Below, one piece after another: positions 27,352 through 31,943 of a DNA stretch of 31,943 nt. Within the stretch, counting starts at the first letter, position 1. Each line of letters opens with the position of its first letter. Source of the DNA: Armatimonadota bacterium (GTDB lineage Bacteria; Armatimonadota; Armatimonadia; Armatimonadales; Armatimonadaceae); NCBI GenBank assembly GCA_043754515.1, contig JAYUUO010000191.1, positions 1 to 31,943 of the forward strand, in the 5' to 3' direction. Both the position numbers and the translations under genes were made by a program. The notes beneath the pieces are model-generated. The model did no database searches. It was not told the origin of the DNA and saw only the letters and a program-made list of their open reading frames with translations.

Positions 27352-27627
27352 TTACCTAACTGCCGTCGCCCGGTCACCGAGGAATGGTACTGTTTTCGCC
27401 TCGCGGACGTCCGATACCTTCCGCGCCCCGCCGTCCGGCGCGATAACCGTCACGCCGCAGCCGCACGCGCCCCGGCACAGGGTCGGCACGACGGCGATCC
27501 CGCGCCGCGTCGCCTCCCGCTCGACCGCCGCAAAGATCAGGCGGTGCCCCGGCTCCGCGCCGCAACGCGGGCCGCAACAAACCCGCGTCGGCTTGACCGT
27601 ATCAACCGCGCCGAACTCACCCACCAA
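27352..27627 (-). CDS. Thioredoxin-like [2Fe-2S] ferredoxin
   Basis: VCCGPRC ... TLCRGACGCG.TV. Overlaps the upstream gene. Confidence 0.65.
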   Translation of the reverse strand: MVGEFGAVDTVKPTRVCCGPRCGAEPGHRLIFAAVEREATRRGIAVVPTLCRGACGCGVTVIAPDGGARKVSDVREAKTVPFLGDRATAVR

Positions 27628-28336
27628 GCGTGTCCAGCACGGCGCGGATGTTCTCGCCGCGCAGACAGGTGAAGATCGGCGTGTCGCGCACGGTGTAGCG
27701 GCTCGACTCGGTATTTCTGAGTTCCATCACGAGGTCCACGAAGTCGGAGGGGCGGTTCGACTCGAACGCGACCACCCATTCCTGGTCGTCGAGGCCGAAC
27801 GAGTAGATGGTGTTAAGCTTGATCGAGGGGTACTCGTGCCCGACGCGGATGTGCTCACGCATGACGCGTTGCCGCTCCTCGGGGGCGAGTAGAAACCACT
27901 CGCGGCTTTTCACGAAGGGGTACACGAACATATACTTGAACTCGCCGGGGCGGACGCGGCTCCGCTTCTCTTCCTGCGACGGGTGAATGAACTCGTCCTC
28001 GTAGACCGAGGTTTTCGCCTGGCCGAGGTACGAATACGGGCGCGTCAGGTACTTGCCGAGGCCGGTCGCGAGGAGCCGCGCGGTCATCTCCTGGAACAGT
28101 TCGAGGTCGTACGCGATACGCCAGAGGCAGAAGTCGCAGTCGGGGCGGGTGGCGACTGTTGAGAACGGCACGATCACGGCACGCCCCCGGTAGTCCTCGA
28201 CCACGGCGGCGAATTCGGCCTTGCCCTGGGCGCGTTCGGACTCGGGAAGGCGTCGCCACGCCGGATCAACGGCGAAGAAGGCGTACTGGACAAACTGGCG
28301 GGGCAGATTCGCGATTTCAGAGTTGGGCGTAGACAT
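27617..28336 (-). CDS. chdC: Coproheme decarboxylase (chlorite dismutase-like family)
   Basis: VYPFVKSREWFLL..EERQRVMREH..G and YSFGLDDQEWVVAFE...LR.TE. The catalytic Tyr and proximal His are present. The distal position appears to be Leu rather than the Arg of true Cld. Start is 28336 (alternative 28357). Confidence 0.75.
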   Translation of the reverse strand: MSTPNSEIANLPRQFVQYAFFAVDPAWRRLPESERAQGKAEFAAVVEDYRGRAVIVPFSTVATRPDCDFCLWRIAYDLELFQEMTARLLATGLGKYLTRPYSYLGQAKTSVYEDEFIHPSQEEKRSRVRPGEFKYMFVYPFVKSREWFLLAPEERQRVMREHIRVGHEYPSIKLNTIYSFGLDDQEWVVAFESNRPSDFVDLVMELRNTESSRYTVRDTPIFTCLRGENIRAVLDTLGG

Positions 28337-28509
28337 GGCGGTTTTATTGTACCGCATGCGGATGGGGTGGGGTATCGCGCGTCTGCCCGTTTTCTGGGGC
28401 GATTGCAGGGCGAGCGCATCCGGGGTGTCTCCCCTATAAATAGCGGGTATAATGACCCGCCCGATGCCATCCCCAATCGTCGTATCGGCGCGCCACTCCA
28501 GGAGATCTT

Positions 28510-29238
28510 ATGTCAGAACTATCCTTACGCACGTCCGATTCCGCCCTGATCGCCCGCCTCGGCGGCGCGGAGTATGCGCGGTGCGTCGCGCTCGCCCTAA
28601 CCCCGGTGGACATGGCGAACCTCGCCGACCTCGGCGAGATGTACGAGCAGTCGCCCGGCGCACTGATCCCGCTGATCGAGAGTGGGCTGTCCCTCAACCG
28701 GGTCAATCAGGCACTCGAAGCGCAACAGAACCACTTCCCCGAAGAGAGCACGAAAACCGTGGCGCAACTGCTGATCCTGCTCGGGCTGAACCGCGCCGTG
28801 CAACTGAGCGACACCAACTCGGGCGGCGAGGACGGCGAAGGGGCGCGCATCGCGGAGCCGATGGGCACCGAGGAAGCGCGCGAGCGCGACCTGCTCCGCT
28901 CCCTCGGGCTTGAACCCGAAGAGGCGCCGACGACGCGGGCACGGGCGCACCGTTACCAGACCGACACCACGACCGCCGCGCAAAGCGATATGATGGACAC
29001 GTTCGCCGACGCGTTGAGCGACGCGGGCGGCATCGGGCTACCGCGACTGATCAAACTGATTCGGAGCGACCTGGACGGCGACTCCCTGCGCGGCTACCAT
29101 ATCGCGCTGGATCGCCCGGACGCGTTCCGGCGGTTCCTGCGCGGCGAGATCAGCGTGGACGCCCTGCTCCGGCTCGACTCGGATAACTCGCAGTACCTGG
29201 CGAACCGTAGCCCCGCCGACGTTTTCACCGGGTTCTGA
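28510..29238 (+). CDS. Hypothetical protein
   Basis: 242 aa with host-like codon usage, Shine-Dalgarno AGGAG, and GGTATAAT at 28446-28453. Confidence 0.8.
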   Translation: MSELSLRTSDSALIARLGGAEYARCVALALTPVDMANLADLGEMYEQSPGALIPLIESGLSLNRVNQALEAQQNHFPEESTKTVAQLLILLGLNRAVQLSDTNSGGEDGEGARIAEPMGTEEARERDLLRSLGLEPEEAPTTRARAHRYQTDTTTAAQSDMMDTFADALSDAGGIGLPRLIKLIRSDLDGDSLRGYHIALDRPDAFRRFLRGEISVDALLRLDSDNSQYLANRSPADVFTGF

Positions 29239-29268
29239 ACACCGGACTTTTGACACCGGGCTCTGAAC
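29226..29268. repeat. Three imperfect 14-bp tandem repeats
   Basis: CACCGGGTTCTGAA / CACCGGACTTTTGA / CACCGGGCTCTGAA. Confidence 0.7.
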
Positions 29269-29295
29269 TTTAGAGAGCGGATTTTAACCTATTCA

Positions 29296-30426
29296 ATGAG
29301 CAACCTTCCCCAGACACTCCAGGAGCGCACGCAGTTCGTGCTCGGCGCACTACTCGCCACGGGGATTACCGCCCCGTGGATGTCGGCGTTCGCCGCGTCA
29401 CCCGAGCGGTTCCGCGAGTTCCTGCGGGCGCACCGCCGCATGTCAAGTCTGCACATCCACCCCGATGTGCTGGAGGGCGACGCGCCCGACACAGTGGGCT
29501 TGAAGACGCTTGCGACGCCCTACTTCGCCGCCGTGGACGCCCTGCTGGTGATGGACGACGACGAGTTGCCGAACGCGCTTCGCCTGTTCGCCGACCGCTA
29601 CGGCACCCCGCGCGCCGAACTGCTCGACAAGTTACAGGAGCTAATATCGGAGCGTTCGCTCTTCAAAGACAAGGCGGAGCGCGACGCGCGGGAACTCGAA
29701 CGCGCGTTCGCGGAGAAAAGCAAAGGCGTCGCCCAAACGCTCGAAGCGTTCGGGGGCTTTTACGCGGGGCACCTGAACGACTTCGCGCCGTACGCCCTGC
29801 CCGAAGGCGGCAAGACCATCACGCTCGCCGCGTTGAGCGGGCAGTTCGTCGCGTCGCCGGTGGAAACCGATCTCGAACAGGAGCCGGGGAGCGAGGCGGC
29901 CACCGGTCGCAACGTCGGGTATGTTTCCCCCGACGGCGTGCTGTACGCGGAGTGGCTTCCCGACGCGCCGCGTTCCGCGCCCGATCTGGCGGACGCCGCC
30001 CGCGCCGCGCTACTGACGAAAAGCGGCAAGCCGTCCGAGTCGATGAACCGGGGCAGACTCGTCGCGCTCACCAACTCCGAGGCACTGGAAGATCCCGAGG
30101 TACGCGACGGCCTGTTCCCGCGCGGTATGTCACCCAGCGAGGTGACGTTCCCCAGTCTGCCCCTGCAAAAACTAGTGAACGGCCTGACCGGGCGACTGCG
30201 CCAGACCGAGAAGCACAACGACCGGGCGCGGGAGACCGCGCCCGCCATCGAGGATTACGGCGTTCGACGCGTGATACTCGTCGCCGTCCAGCCCGATATA
30301 CTCAAGAGGGACGGGCGGTTCGCGCCGGATGCGTTCACCCTCACCGTGTTCCCGCTCGCCCTTGTTTTGCCTGCCATCGTTCCGCCCGCCGCTGTTTCGC
30401 CCACTTTGGGGAAACCGAAAGATTAA
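29296..30426 (+). CDS. Hypothetical protein
   Basis: 376 aa with host-like codon usage and a coiled-coil-like middle section. Confidence 0.8.
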   Translation: MSNLPQTLQERTQFVLGALLATGITAPWMSAFAASPERFREFLRAHRRMSSLHIHPDVLEGDAPDTVGLKTLATPYFAAVDALLVMDDDELPNALRLFADRYGTPRAELLDKLQELISERSLFKDKAERDARELERAFAEKSKGVAQTLEAFGGFYAGHLNDFAPYALPEGGKTITLAALSGQFVASPVETDLEQEPGSEAATGRNVGYVSPDGVLYAEWLPDAPRSAPDLADAARAALLTKSGKPSESMNRGRLVALTNSEALEDPEVRDGLFPRGMSPSEVTFPSLPLQKLVNGLTGRLRQTEKHNDRARETAPAIEDYGVRRVILVAVQPDILKRDGRFAPDAFTLTVFPLALVLPAIVPPAAVSPTLGKPKD

Positions 30427-30432
30427 CCCGCC

Positions 30433-31026
30433 ATGTCCGCCGATATCACCGCCATCCGCGCTATTCGCAACCGCTACGACGAAACCCTGCAAAAAATGCG
30501 CGGCAAGTCGGTGCTGGGGTTTCACATCGAGAACCACCCGCTCCTCTGGAACCTGACCGCGCTCGCCGCGCACCGCGCCGCCACCGCGAGCGGCGTCGCC
30601 GACATCGTGCTCGGTAACCTGTCCGCGCCGCACGCCCTGCGAATCAATAACAAGGTGTTCGTCGGCATGGCGGATTACCCCGACGAGTATAACCCGAACG
30701 AGTTCGAACTCTGGATGACGTGCCAGAACACGCCGACCGCGAGCGACCCGATCCCCTTGACGGATTATCTCGACCTGCGCATCGGTACCCCGGCGACGTA
30801 TGCGATCGTCACAGCGTTCGTGTTGCGCTGTGTCGGCGCGGTCGGCGCGGTGCAACTGCAATATGTCGAAGACGATCTGAACGCCGACGCCGGGGAGCGC
30901 AAAGTCGCGCAGGCGTGGGTTCGCGTGACGGATACGGGCGAGGTGCTCGACCTGTTCGCGCGCGCGACGGGCCGGTCGTCAGAGAGCGGGAACCCGAACG
31001 CTATCGTGCGTAGCCTGAACTTCTGA
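30433..31026 (+). CDS. Hypothetical protein with a transglutaminase-like fold and non-canonical triad
   Basis: PLTDYLDLRIGTPATYAIVTAFVLR.VG ... AQAWVRV ... VLDLF parallels the G-x-C..A / HAWxxV / D pattern. Confidence 0.55.
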   Translation: MSADITAIRAIRNRYDETLQKMRGKSVLGFHIENHPLLWNLTALAAHRAATASGVADIVLGNLSAPHALRINNKVFVGMADYPDEYNPNEFELWMTCQNTPTASDPIPLTDYLDLRIGTPATYAIVTAFVLRCVGAVGAVQLQYVEDDLNADAGERKVAQAWVRVTDTGEVLDLFARATGRSSESGNPNAIVRSLNF

Positions 31027-31088
31027 ATTCAGGCTAGGCGTTCCGCGTCAGGTGTTCGCTTCAGTTCAAAAGGTAGCTCAACGCGACT

Positions 31089-31796
31089 GTGTATGAAATA
31101 AACCGGTGTCTGGCGTTCCACCAATGGGCGGTCCGGGACGCGACTCAAGAAGTCTTGGACGGGTTTCCCAGGCTATTGGCTCTGAAAAGCCCCGCTATAG
31201 CCAATTACCTGCATCTGATGGGCATGTTGACGCCCGGAGAGCAGATCGAGTACGCCCGTGTTATCGTCAACGCGGCTCACCCCGTGGCTTGTAACCATTT
31301 GGGACTGGTGAATAGCCAGATCGATGTCGCGCGCTTAGCGAAATGGCAGGAGAATCGGGGCCGTTTTCTAGAGTCGAATGGAGCCATGTATACGAAGCCA
31401 GCGGAGAAAATTGGCTATGACACGCAAGACTTATCCAAGGCCCTAGCTAGCGAATTACGCGCAAGATTTGGTCGCGTGCTTACCGCGACCAAACCAAAAG
31501 GTTGGGAGTTCGTGGAGGAAGTGTCGCAAGGAAGATTCGTGAGGACATCGTTTCGTGTGCGCGCCCAGCCTTCCCCTTTCGTCGTACTTCTTCACTCCTT
31601 CCTGACGAGCCGCGACGAACGCGTCGGTCTAATAGATGCGACGAAACACCGAATCACGTCTCTGCCGTTGTGGCTCGGCATCGGTCTCCCAGAGTTATTC
31701 GTCCCGTACCGATCCGAAGTGGATGCGTCTGCTTACCTCATAGGCTCCATCGTCTCGTCATTTCATTCGGAGATGCGGCAGATGCTGGGGGAATGA
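31089..31796 (+). CDS. Hypothetical protein, lower GC
   Basis: 235-aa ORF with a GTG start and atypical codon usage. Confidence 0.65.
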   Translation: MYEINRCLAFHQWAVRDATQEVLDGFPRLLALKSPAIANYLHLMGMLTPGEQIEYARVIVNAAHPVACNHLGLVNSQIDVARLAKWQENRGRFLESNGAMYTKPAEKIGYDTQDLSKALASELRARFGRVLTATKPKGWEFVEEVSQGRFVRTSFRVRAQPSPFVVLLHSFLTSRDERVGLIDATKHRITSLPLWLGIGLPELFVPYRSEVDASAYLIGSIVSSFHSEMRQMLGE

Positions 31797-31827
31797 CTAT
31801 TGCCCTGACAGAACGAGGAACCCCTCG

Positions 31828-31943
31828 CCTCGCTCGTCGGACTCCGGCCCGCCTGGCCTCGGCACCGGAGGAGGGGGGCCCTCGCTCGTCGGACTCCCAC
31901 CCCCCTAACCCCCCTCCCTCAATCCTTGAGAGAGGGGGGGACA
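31828..31943. repeat. REP-like element, probably continuing beyond the window
   Basis: CCTCGCTCGTCGGACTCC at 31828 and 31880. The second copy is followed by CACCCCCCTAACCCCCCTCCCTC-aatcctt-GAGAGAGGGGGG. Confidence 0.8.

Noticed and set aside
29376..30617. Long alternative-frame and antisense ORFs (e.g. 29376-30617, 16492-17700, 21890-22693, 12438-13238)
   Set aside because: Arg/Ala/Pro-rich shadow ORFs expected at high GC, overlapping better-supported genes.

Overview
GC-rich bacterial chromosomal window. The gene content and protein style suggest Armatimonadota, which is an inference. Positions 1-10 kb hold a stress and ion-homeostasis cluster: Acg-type nitroreductase, DUF6544-like protein, P1B-5-type ATPase, a LOV-like (Cys->Met) PP2C/SpoIIE phosphatase, tandem USP, cupin, general stress protein and MgtA. 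At about 10.0-10.3 kb an A-rich, AUA-repeat stretch lies between an ECF-type promoter and a terminator, making it a candidate sponge-like ncRNA. The rest contains an ruvB / degenerate REase / TPR operon, a CHASE2 cyclase with non-canonical catalytic residues paired with a FecR/DUF928-like protein, a Gfo/Idh/MocA oxidoreductase, an FmdB-like zinc ribbon, a methyltransferase carrying an in-frame 162-bp palindromic repeat, tRNA-Leu(GAG), an interrupted membrane anti-sigma-type kinase, hisI/hisF, a sugar isomerase, an ABC permease, a NIL protein, a ferredoxin, ChdC and four hypothetical genes. Several CCCTCTC-N-GAGAGGG REP-like elements have locus-specific arms. No CRISPR array, integrase or transposase was seen. 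All family calls come from motif recognition by eye, not database searches.
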